Below, one piece after another: positions 24,986 to 43,420 of a stretch of DNA of 64,000 nucleotides (the stretch's first letter is position 1; each line of letters opens with the position of its first letter). The translations under genes and the position numbers were made by a program. The notes beneath the pieces are model-generated. The model made no database searches, was not told the DNA's origin, and worked only from the letters and a program-made list of their open reading frames with translations. The DNA is from Botryllus schlosseri (taxonomy: Eukaryota): assembly GCA_051294905.1 (NCBI GenBank), contig CM119372.1:17052001-17116000 (forward strand), in the 5' to 3' direction.

Positions 24986-25400
24986 TAGGGTTACCATATT
25001 TTGGAAATCTGAAAAGAGAATGCTTTTACAAAATTTTCAGACTTACAATTCTGGAGTAAAATCCGGTAAAATAGGTTAAATTTTCCCGACATTGTTGTTG
25101 GTTGACTAAAAAGAAAAAACTGGTCATTTTTCCGACTCAGTTCCAGAAATTCACACTTTTGTTGAATTCTCCGTTGATCGACTAAAAAAAAGGTCAAATT
25201 TTCGGTGCACCTCCCGAAATAGCCACCGTAGCGTTACCTCTGCTCATTTAATGTATCTCAGTCGAATTTTACCCTATATTTAACCAAAATTCTTAAAAAA
25301 AGAGGACAAAACCTAATAAAAGAGGACATTTGGGCGTCCTCTGAGGACACTTTCAAAAAAGAGGACAAATCCTCTCAAAAGAGGCCGTATGGTAACCCTC
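24986..25400. mobile_element. hAT-type MITE (AGGGTTACCA TIR, GAGGACA subterminal motifs)
   Basis: TSD CGTTATAA; related copy at 56174-56462. Confidence 0.85.
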
Positions 25401-25631
25401 CGTTATAACCTAATGATGATAATCCTAGTTATGCACTGCTAGTGGTCTTATATATGCAATAGGACAAGATGAGTTTCCTTGTGTACCGAGTTATTTGCAA
25501 TAAATTGAATGATAATTATTTTGGGGGATGGTATATATGGATTTTGGCAAGAATAGATCTACCTAGCGAAACTACATTCATTACTGTCACAGATTTATGG
25601 AATCTTAATGTTGTTGTTGTTGGCTCAAAAT

Positions 25632-26918
25632 CAGAGGTGGTCAAAGTAGTCAAGAAGGCTACTCAAGTAGAAGTAGAAGTAGCGACGAAACAATCTACTC
25701 AAGTACGAGTAGAAGTACTTCTTCCATGAGCAACCTAAAACTACTTGAAGTAGAAGTAGAATTTCCTGACTTCAAATCTACTCAAGTAAGTAGTTGTGAA
25801 AACGATCGTAATTCGTTCGCATGGATTGTCAAAAGCTGCTAATTGAGCTATGCGAAAAGTGCCGAGCTTGATTCATATTGATGCATACCTGGAGGTATCC
25901 AATTTTCGACAGCATAAGCATTTGTCCGGATCATGGAATTAAAATGATAGTATTGATGTGGAAATGCGATACTAATCCTATGTTTACTCTAGCAGCACGT
26001 TTTAGAAAATATCATGGTATGCGGCACTCCCCCATATTATAAGGCCCATAGTTTAGTCGTACAGCAATACGGAGAAGTTGTATAGAATACGGTGTAAACA
26101 CTTTGCGAGATTAGTAAACGTTAATAAAAAATATGGTGGATCGTAAAAATGCCATATTGTGTAGCTTTATTTCTGGGAATTAAAGGCATTACTACACTTG
26201 CTTTTATACTTCAACATGTATGTTATCCAAACCAAAGAACTGATATCAATTAGAACTCAAAGTATATGATGATGGGAATGGAAAATGAAATATACATACT
26301 ACTTCTAAAAGCGGAAAATGTATTTCATGTCTTTAGTCCAGAAAGTTTCAAAGGTGGCATGCTAAAACAGCTCTAAAACTAAAAAAGTCTCACAGTCCCC
26401 TTTTACAGATTAGGACACGCCATGGACTGTTAGATTACGACATGATAAGTAGATGCTGAACATCAGTTTGAAAAGTTATGATGAGCCATATATACTGTGA
26501 TGAAATATTTCATATGGACGAAGGGCGACAATGCGGTGTGAACGCCAACCAACGACTTAAATTATATTCCCCAATACTTTCGTGAAATCATACTGGTTAC
26601 TCCGTATCCACTGAGCGCGACGAAAATTTTGGGCTTTACTAAACTTTTATGAAAACTAAATGTTGATAATCCGCGAAAACAGCCCCGAAATTCCTCAGGC
26701 TATCTTCCTGATCGGAGCAATAAACTATTTCTACTTAACAAACTGAAAATAGCGAAAAGTAAACAAACTGAAAATAGCGAAAAGTAAGTAAGTAGATCAC
26801 AAAATATTACGAAGTAGAAGCAGCGAAAATCAGATCTACTTGAGTAAGTACCAGAAGTAGAGGAAAACTACTTGAGTACTTCGAAAAAGTAGAAGTACTT
26901 CGTTACTGACCACCTCTG
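25632..26918. mobile_element. hAT-type MITE, inverted relative of 21748-23020
   Basis: TIR CAGAGGTGGTCA; TSD CTCAAAAT. Confidence 0.9.
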
Positions 26919-27832
26919 CTCAAAATTGCATAGTACTGCTGTCAATAAAAATGACGAGACATCGATCACACTTACTATTCCATGTTCAGTTCGTTCATGC
27001 TATGACTAAAAAGTTGAATAACAGTTAATTTACACACCACTGTTGTTTACTGTTAAAAATTGTTTAACATTTTGTTTTTGTTTCTGGTAATCATGGTGTT
27101 TGTCGACTACCATGGTCATTTACTTCATTTATATTCCATAGTTGCCGACTTGTAGCACGGCCCACTTGACTTTTATATGACACCGCTTACGCGGATGAGA
27201 TGGCTGAGCCTAGATAAATCTGCAACACTTACGTATAGGAATTCTGGAGGCAACCTCGAACCCGCAACCACGATTTCTCTCATGCAGAGGCAGTCAGTCA
27301 GTAGTAATCTAGCAAAGTACCTCATGTAGATTTTGCTTACTCGCACTACTTAAAGTGGACATGACAACTTCTACTTCAGATTTCTAGGCCGAGGAAGATC
27401 CTATCGTAAAACACCAGAACGTCTTGTTAACCAAATTGTTGTGCAGCATATATAATACATTCTCATTAAACCCCGACAAGGAATCTGGTGGATCCATTCG
27501 CGGAAGCCCTAGACTGCGCCCTTGCGGGCGCAGTGTTTCAAGCTTTTACTGCTATGCTGCCTTCGGCAGCTTACACCTAGAATACCTGCATTTTTACTTA
27601 CTCGTTAATCGCCACTTTGGCCACTTCTGACTTCATGCCTAATATAGACACCATATGGCGGTAGCCGTTACAAGTTCGAAGAAATACCATTTTTGTTGCA
27701 ATTATCCATCCAATAGTCGTGAAGATCTGACTTGCAGTTTTGAAAACTGGCGATTACCTGTCATATCATGTCTTGCCTGTCGATATCACTCGTGGTATTG
27801 ATTTTACTCAGTGCCAGAAATGAATACGGTAG

Positions 27833-28632
27833 CAGGGTTGTAATGACTCGAGTCACGATTTTCTGATGACTCGAGTCATTTTCTCAAAATACTGAAATGA
27901 CTCGAGTCAATCCGTGTATTGACTCCACTTGGACTCGAGTCATTGCGCATGAGAGAGAGAGAGATATGATATTCTTTCTCGCCTGCACCGTCGAGATGCT
28001 TTGGCGACGGAGTTGCGATACAGCCCCATGAGGTCATCTAGTCTGCGCCCCCGTTTTTTTTTCTCCTCCATGCTATCCGTGATTGCTGAGCGCCTAGCAG
28101 GATAGCTGCGGATACCATTTTTCGAGTCTTTGGTATGACCCGGCCGGGGATCGAACCCACGACCTACCGCTCGAGAAGCCGGACGCACAACCATTACACT
28201 ATCTCGCTCGGTACTAGTACAGTACTAGTACCAAGTCATATGATTTGAGACTCAGACGGCCAAGACTGACTTTTCATTGTAATTTCAAAATGAAGTAAAG
28301 TAACAACACTTCCGATTTCGTCTATTGGCACTGGTACTTGAAAATGCGACCAGAAACTGCTAAAAGTGAGGAAAATTAGCATATTATAAATGCGAAGTAT
28401 TCGATATCACCAAACAGATAATAAACAGTGGGTTTAACAAGACAGTAACTGGTTACTGAGTAGTCAACACAATGACTTGGACTCGAGTCATAATACCATA
28501 ACTTGGACTCGACCCTCTGCTTGATGACTTGACTCGGTGGTGAAGTGGAAATGACTCGACTTGACTCGAATCAAAACTTTAAAAGTGAGAACGACTTGTG
28601 ACTCGGAGCCATGTGACTTGGTTACAACCCTG
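27833..28632. mobile_element. hAT-type MITE with GACTCGAGTC subterminal arrays
   Basis: TIR CAGGGTTGTAA; TSD TACGGTAG; contains a SINE. Confidence 0.88.
27941..28212 (-). mobile_element. tRNA-derived SINE
   Basis: A box TAGTGTAATGG, B box GGTTCGATCCC, then GTCATACCAAAGAC...AAAAATGGTA...GCGCTCAGCA (resembles, from memory, the MetaSINE central domain); (TC)n tail. Confidence 0.8.
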
Positions 28633-29620
28633 TACGGTAGTGACTCTGAATATAGCAAGCTCGGACCCCAGAGTCATACAAATACTCTAGTTAATATACT
28701 AATGCTCGGAACAGTGGTTCTTGAAGATAAGTCACAACGGATATCTCATCTGTGCGATGCAACAATAATAAACGAATTTGAAGCTTTCATGGCTACAGCC
28801 GAGTCTCTTCCTGGCGATGCTAAAGCGGAACAAGCCAAGACCTCACCAGCAGTCCCCCTAAAGCAGCCTATCGATACACAATAGCCTGCCTTGGACAGCG
28901 ATTACCAGAACACCAGTCACGTCCGCAAGGGCAGAAGTATGAATTTCAGATATCTTGTTCAATAATAGATAACAAACACATTGATGGAAAACGGTTTAGT
29001 ATGCTCCATAGAATTTGAAAGGAAACGTAAGAACACAAGAAAACCTTTTGCAAATGTAGAATTTCTTATCGAGAACTGGCAATGAAGGCAATATAAAATT
29101 CTGTTGCCTCAACTGCAATGTTTCACTCCCTTAATGGGGTAGGTAGCAGTATAATAACAATAAGCATTGCATATCGATAACGGATACACAAACACTGCCG
29201 GTAGACTTGATCAAAGACGCAGCGAGCAAAATGCGCATAGACAAAAGGAGATGCACACTATACCATATGCTGTATGCTAGGGAATATCGACAAAACACAG
29301 CTTTGATGGTAATCAGTTTTCAATTAGCAGAAAACGCGGTTACAGAACTACACTGGACCCACACTCAGAGCGCTGATCGAACGTCGTCAGATGCAGGAAA
29401 AAATGAACTTTAACTCGACCTATAATAATGACATGATGAAAGTAGTTACAAGAGTGTGGATTCGATAGGGCTTCGAGAAGAAGATATAATAAAGGGGTCA
29501 AGTTGACATGCACTTTCCGGTAATTATTTTCAGTCCGCTGCAAACGTAGTTACGGAGATATCGTCGGGAGGATACTGTAACCTTTGTGTGAGATTACAAT
29601 ATCTTCGCCGTTACTTTCCA

Positions 29621-36233
<6,613 letters not shown>

Positions 36234-36380
36234 TGTCCAATCACAACATTCAACACGTGCTCCAACAAATACTGTGACAGATAAACCACAGCCTATTTTA
36301 CCATAAGCAGACTTGATAAATACTGTCAAGGAATATTTGAAGAGCTTCTTGGTGCGTACAGAACTTCAATATACAATTGC

Positions 36381-36458
36381 ATAGTATATTCATATTGAAA
36401 TGAGCCTGAATATTTTCGGCTGACACTCGTCAGGGGTAATCATCAGCAACTAGTAGAG
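36381..36458 (-). ncRNA. hammerhead-core repeat copy
   Basis: Reverse complement: ACCC-CUGACGA-GUGUCAGCC-GAA-AAUAUU-C-AGG; near-identical to 1744-1821. Confidence 0.5.
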
Positions 36459-36573
36459 TCAAGGAATAGGCAGATATATTCCGAGTAAGGTAAATGGAGG
36501 ATAAAACTGCGACAAGTTAATACGGTATAGACAATGACTGCCTCAATCACCGAAGTTACTAAATAATCTGCAG

Positions 36574-38728
36574 AGGGCCGTAACTGCCGCACCCCAAACC
36601 CCCCAATTCAGGGGGGGCCGTGCTCGAAGGGGCCCAAAATTATTTCGTGAATTAGCATAAATTATAGAGTATTTTTTGAAAATTTATGCAACGTTTTGAA
36701 AATTTTTCACGCTACGCGCAATTTTATGTTGCTAATAGCATCTTTATTTTGGGGTAGGCTAGCCTACTCTTCCCCTAAGAAAAAATACGCAAGATTAATA
36801 GAAATGGGCATATCGGCGCTGACCATTACCGTGCCACGATGCATCAAGACATATATGAAGTTTTAGGCCATGTGACATGCGACACCAACAAGTTTGCCAG
36901 AACGATCGATAGCGAGAAAACCTTGGCCGAAAAGGACTGCCCTTATACCGACCGAAAACTTTGTTATATATACAAAATACATATACGGTAGGTTGAATTA
37001 GGCGCCGAATGTTCCTGTCTTGGCAATCTGAACCTCACAAGACAAATACCACCCCGCAAGGGAAAGTTGTATAATACCAGTGAAGAAATACCAACTTGAA
37101 ATCGTGTGCGTCTTTTAGTTTAGTAGCCTACGTTTGGGCGATTCTATAATTTTGATATAGCAGACAGGAGGTCACGAAATAACATCACGTTACGGAGTCA
37201 TACCAACGGGCCCTACAGTTTCCATAAAAGCTCACTCAGTTCTACCGGTAAATCTGATTACGTGAGCAGAGAGGACAAGAAAGTGATAGCAATATATATA
37301 TATGCAATTCCCGATCTTAATGACCGATTTTTGGTTTATCATCATATAGGGCAGAGGTTCTCAACCTGGGGGGCTCGGTAGGCTCTCAGGGGGGGGGGGG
37401 GGGCACGAGAAATTTTTGTCAATTCGTCAATGTCTGTATAAATTGTGACTAAACATGTGTTTCACAACCATTCTGAAGATACGATTATTGACGATTAAAC
37501 TTGATCCGTATTCTAGAAAGCTTGACAAACTCAAACTGCAGCAGTCGCGCTCAACGGAGTATAGGCTGACTTCAACTTCATTTGAGCAAATTTTTGATAT
37601 TCTTTGAAGATTTAGAGATATTCCTACGAGCAAGTCCTTTATTACTTTATAGCTTTGGCAGTAGCCTAAATCTCTGTGCTCTAGGTAGCTGTTGTTGATA
37701 GCTGGCGAACTGCACTGCCTAAGACAGACTTGGATGCAATATAGGTTGCCCGGTTTCGCCCTCAATTTCGCTATAAATCAACACAATTTAATTCATTTCA
37801 AAAACTGATCAAATTTAGCATGGCAGGACAGAATGACGCCGTGCTCTCTGTAGTCACTACCAGCATCAGGATTAGTCTCAGTGCAACCTACCTTGAAATC
37901 AATTGATGACTTCAATGGTTTTTTATTATTTTCAAACAAGTTTGGGGAAGTTTGTCAGCAATGTAAAAGACTAAACAACTGTAATGCGGATTCAAAATTG
38001 GCGCAAGATATACCTCATGTATACTATTATATCAGGGGTTGGCAGCCCGTACGGCTGCATGCGGCCGTAGAAGGCAAGTTGTGCGGCCGTCGACGCCTAA
38101 TTCAATTAGTATGAGTTGGCAGCCGTAGACATGCAAATTGCAATTACGAATTCACTCCCGAATTTGAGAGATCTTATATAATCTTGAAATTTTCTTCCCG
38201 CTCTGCGCAATTTAACAACACTTCATTTTTCGATTTTAATGCAGTAGCACCCTTCTTAATTGAGCAGGAATGGGAATCCTCAAGGAATAACAATTTATTC
38301 GCGGCTCTGAAAAATTTTCGCACTCCCAGCAACTATTCATAACATTGCCACTCGCGATTTCAGTGCGTACAATAGGCCGTTGTGAAAAGTAGAATAGTCC
38401 GGAGTTCAGCGGAAATGAATATGGACAGTTTACCATAGGCATTTTGCTTCCAGATCTTTCATTGCGGCTATGCCCTGGAATGCGGCCTTAGGCTACATAA
38501 GTAATTGCAATGCGGCCATGATTAGCAGGAAGGTTGCCCACCTCTGTATTAGATGATGTGCTTGATCTTTTTGACATGACGATAAATGTAAGGGGGGCCA
38601 GGGCGGCGCAATTTTTTTGACCATCGCCAAGGGGGGCGCGTGTCAAAAAAGGTTGAGAACCGCTGGCCCAAGACCAACGTTTTTTTTGGGGGGGGGGGGC
38701 GGGCTGTCAAAGTGATGTTACGGCCCTG
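36574..38728. mobile_element. triple-nested TIR elements (outer AGGGCCGTAAC; middle 37352-38665; inner 38033-38546)
   Basis: Outer TSD ATCTGCAG/ATCTACAG; middle TIR CAG(A/C)GGTTCTCAACCT; inner TSD TATTATAT/TATTAGAT. Confidence 0.75.
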
Positions 38729-38909
38729 ATCTACAGTCCTAGAACAAACTAAATTAGCAATTACTTATGAATTGTGATAACGTTTAATAGGCCTATTAAG
38801 TTGCATTCTCTTGTAATTGTGGAAAGGTTAATGGTGCTACAAGAAAGTACACCTACAAACTTTTTTCTTGTGATCATCAATTCATTATAGGGGGTGCATG
38901 CTGCATGAC

Positions 38910-39867
38910 CAGACTTGGACAACTAGAAAATTTTCAGCGTTTCCAAATTAGATTAGAATTAGAATTAGAGCTACACAGTTTTTTACAAATTAGATTAGAA
39001 TTAGAATTAGAGCTCCACAGCTTTTTTAAAATTAGATTAGAATTAGAATTAGAGCTCCACAGCTTTTTCCAAATTAGATTAGAATTAGAGCTACACAGTT
39101 TTTTCCGAATTAGATTAGAATTAGAATTACTGAATTCGCAAAAACTTGGAAATTGAATGAAATTATGATTGATAAATCAATACAGCATAAATCAAGTTCA
39201 TTTCAATTCACAGTGCATTCGTATAACCAAGAGAATGGTTAGCGTCTGTACGTCAAGCTTGGCTCGTTTTGCACGATAACAGGGGTCACTAACACGCGGC
39301 TCGCGAGGTCACATTTTGCGGCTATCTGATTTGTGATTTCGGAAGAATGCGAAATTAAGTATTTACACATGCTGAAGCAATCATCCTCTTTTTCTGGTGT
39401 AGTTGAGGGCATGAAAGTGAATAAGCCTGTATTAACTATCTCATTTTCGTTGCTGTCGTTCTGTTTGTGATCGAAACTAGCATGTTGTTCGCAGACTACA
39501 AGCTATTATGCCAGCATGGCTATTATTCATCACAATAACTACTATGACTGTACGGTGTAAGCAATGCAATGGCAGCTTGGCACTGGATTTCCCTACGTGA
39601 GAGGGATATTCTCGCTTCAAAATACCTAGGAAAAAGAGGCATTTTCAGGCAAACCGTAAATTAGATTAGAATTAAAATTAGAGAATAGGAACATTTCACA
39701 AATTAGACTAGAATTAGAACTAGAGCATAAGTACATTTCACAAATTAGATTAGGATTAGAATTAGAGCACACATACATTTTACAAATTAGATTAGAATTA
39801 GATTATGGGCATTTCGCTCTAATTTAGTGAAATTAGACAACTAGAATTATCTAGTTGTCCAAGTCTG
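38910..39867. mobile_element. hAT-type MITE with ATTAGA subterminal arrays
   Basis: TIR CAGACTTGGACAACTAGA; TSD TGCATGAC; ~41-bp tandem units 38940-39130. Confidence 0.9.
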
Positions 39868-41557
39868 TGCATGACCATCCTTTCTCCCTCTAAAATGATG
39901 CAAATCTATCGATATACTAGGTTCTACTCGAATATAATTTAACAAGAACTTTGCAAATATTTGGATAACGAAATGTGATGGCATCGAAAATCGCAACTAA
40001 CTGATGATTAAATAGGTCTATATGTGCTCAACTGGAAGTCAAATGCTGCCTTCAAATAGTCAGCTATTATTATCGGCAGTACTGAAATCTTTGAAATTAG
40101 GTTGGTAACAGCCATAAAATGCTTGACTGTATTTAGAAAGTTTCTCAGGTGATCCCATATCACAATAGACATCTTGAAGCATTTTTTTTGCAAATAATTA
40201 TTATTATAAGACACATTACTTGAATCAATGTTTTCCAAATACATAACTACAGCGTATAAATATAAAGTTATTTATCTGATTGCAGAAACTAATTCATGGA
40301 TAGAGGCCTAAATGATGTGTCCTATGTACAAATCATAACAGTTTATCAGTAGATTTATTACTATAATAAACAATTATATATAAACATTATAAATTTATGA
40401 TTACACATATTTTTGTATATTGGATATTATGCTGTTATATTATTTTTTCTTGGGAACCAGACATCTCAGACTTCAGAATACTACGATGTTTAGAGAAATG
40501 ATATAATTAGTCGTTATATAGAGAAAAATTAATGGCTCAAGTTTCAATTCATTTGGCTCCCTTTGGGGATAAAATTGATTCACATTCATATCATTGAAAT
40601 GCAACAGTTCACTATTATATATTTTCACACCATCTTTATTAAAGCATATTTTTCAAATACGGGTGTTGTACCTTCGCGTCTGGTTAGTGCCAATATTTAG
40701 CACATAGGTTGAGTTTGTTTAGTAAAATATCCAATTAATGGAAAGCATTTTCGACCTTGGCGAGGAAGTTTTCTACTTCCTATCACAGTTTAGGCTGGGA
40801 TACCCAACACAACAGAGCATAATGTTCTTGATTCATTTTTTTTTTAGCTGCATCAATCATTATAGTTTTAATTTTGCAATGCGGGAGATCCTAAGTCTTG
40901 TTAAACTGTTCATAAGAGGTTAATGTTGCATTGCGACAAGTTATTGACAAAAATCAGTTTTCAACAGATATCGCGCCGTTATTTTAATGGCCTTTCCACA
41001 ATTATGCAACAAAATACAGATGTCCAATCAACCCGCCTCTAAACATCTAAAATGTGTATGTTCCAAATCAGTTATACTTTCTAGTTCAAGACGACGTAAC
41101 CAATCTTCAATAACTGCTTTTAGCCCCGACGCATACCTCAAAATTACATCCGACCATTCCATTGACACATCGGGCGTAGCTGTTTTGGCATTCTTCGATC
41201 GCAACTCCAACATAACGAAGGCAGTCGGGCGTATTCGCTGGAGCGATGAGGTGCTGCTGTTGAAAAATCCGAGGCCGCTTCTCAATGTGGTCCTTCTAGC
41301 TTCTACTACACGATCTAAGGAGAAATCTATTTCACAGAACGTATAAAGAAGTAAGTTTTGGACGCCTATGGTGAATAAATTAGAAATAATGTCTAATAAA
41401 TAATTGTGAACCATTGCCAACGTCTATGCATCTCGGACGTAGTAAGATTCAACTCGGGAAGTCCCGTCCCGTGAAATAAAGCTTCCGGCTATGTGTGTAA
41501 ATGTAAACAAAATATAATGACATGTTAATATTGCTACTCACTGATCTGGCTGGTGTC

Positions 41558-43356
41558 ATGTTGAAATTCAGCCTGCGTATCGCTAAGACATGGCCATCGG
41601 GCGATAAACTTAATTCGTTGACAAGAATGGTGCATAACAAGGGCACCTCACGTATCGATACAGTAGTCAGGGACATCCTACACCCACTTTCAAACGAACA
41701 GAGGAAGCGCGAAGCCGGTCGAATTGTACGCAGGAACGACATCGGGAAGTTCTCTGATCTCTATAAAACCTTGGATATTCAATCAAGGACAAAAATATTG
41801 TCTCTGTTGGCGAAGGATTATGGATGTGATTCACAGATGATTGCGCAGCAATGCCGCACGCTTGTCCAAATGAATGATAATTCTGTAGGTAAATTTTAAT
41901 ACCGTAAGCAATGACACATTCTCACATTAATTTACCAAATACTTTGCAGAGAGACGACCCGTCTATTCAGCAATTGGAAATGAAGCTCAATAAATCTCTG
42001 AAGCCCGCATATCACTCTTTACTGACACAACTTGGTACTTTGAGAAACGGAGTGAAGCTGTTGATTGACATGAGATACGATTCTATGCATGCTGCTAAAA
42101 ATCAGGACTTGTGTACTACAGAAATCCAAGGTCTCAGGTAATTGAGAAACTTGATATAATTTTGGTTCTTCTACAAAAATACATAATTTTCGAAGGAACC
42201 TGAACGAACATATTGGCGATATTCTCGGTATGTGGTTTTCGGTTGGACTTTTGCAATTGTCGCAAATCAGCTGGAGCACCCCAGCAGCGATATTAGAAAA
42301 AGTAGGATAAACAAGAATCTCTGTGGCTATATTATTAAACATAACTTCAAACTAGCTTGCAGAGTATGAAGCCGTTCATGCAGTTCGGAACTGGATGGAC
42401 CTGAAACACCGCCTTGGGCCAAAGAGAAGGTGTTACGCATTTTTTCATGCGAATATGCCAGAAGAACCATTGATAGTTCTGCATGTAGCACTGACAGAGA
42501 CTATATCTGATAACATCACTGACATTCTCAACTATAAGTCTAAGGAAGACACCGCTGGTTCGCATATTCAAATTGTATTTTATTTCAATATAGGCTGATA
42601 CTGATGGTATATTTTTTTTACTTACTAGAAAACTCAGCTGAATGTGCCATATTCTACTCAATAACTGCCACACAGAAAGGACTTCAAGGTATCGAACTTG
42701 GAGCGTACCTAATACAATCGGTTGTGCAATCACTGAAAACAGAGCTTCCACAGCTTAATGTATATTCAAGCCTATCTCCAATACCAGGTGATACGATATT
42801 TTCACAGTGTAAATAACAGTGATACTTCATATAGAAAATACATAAAATTGATTGTCTCTATACAGGATTTCGAAAGTGGCTGCTATCGGAACTTGGTAGA
42901 AATGACAAAATAAGACAAATTATCAATGATGACGATACAATATCGTTACAGAAAGCATGCCAATTGATCAATCACAAAGGAGACGGGATTAGTTTACTGG
43001 TGCATTTGCTAAAAAATCTTCGACTTCTGAACCAAAACGCAGATCTGGCCACGTCAGTCAAGGATATATTAATGAAGCTGTGTGCGTTTTACATCTGCAA
43101 AGTCAAGCGAAGGGGGTATGCTTTAGATGCGGTCACCAACTTCCATCTGAAGAACGGCGCAGTAGTATGGCGGTTAAATTGGATGGGTGACACTACACTG
43201 TCGGGCATGCAAAATTCGTGCGGTATTATGGTGAATTACCGCTACTACCTCGAAGATATGCCCAGTAATTCTGCAGACTATATCGGCAATCATAATATAC
43301 CAGTTTCAGAATATGTCAACAAACTGTTGCGTGCGGACGAGAGGAGCAATTTGTGA
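41558..43356 (+). CDS. MLYCD: malonyl-CoA decarboxylase; introns ~41885-41949, 42138-42195, 42302-42355, 42558-42628, 42788-42865
   Basis: [72 protein letters not shown]; start may be 41522 or 41558. Confidence 0.93.
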
Positions 43357-43420
43357 ATAATTTCTTGATCATGCTGCTGATTGACGGACCTGACAAAATC
43401 ACTGTGATAAATAAATTCGA

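Noticed and set aside
27500..27580. Two GC hairpins followed by CTAG as a Helitron 3' end
   Set aside because: CTAG is followed by A rather than T, no 5' TC end can be identified, and there is no second copy in the window.
28130..28212. tRNA gene
   Set aside because: A and B boxes are present but run into a SINE body and microsatellite tail; no proper cloverleaf or terminator.
38905..39156. ORF with LELELEL repeats
   Set aside because: Translation of the ATTAGA subterminal array of a MITE.
42594..42606. 13-nt micro-exon in MLYCD intron 4
   Set aside because: Inclusion creates an in-frame TGA; direct splicing 42558-42628 keeps the frame.
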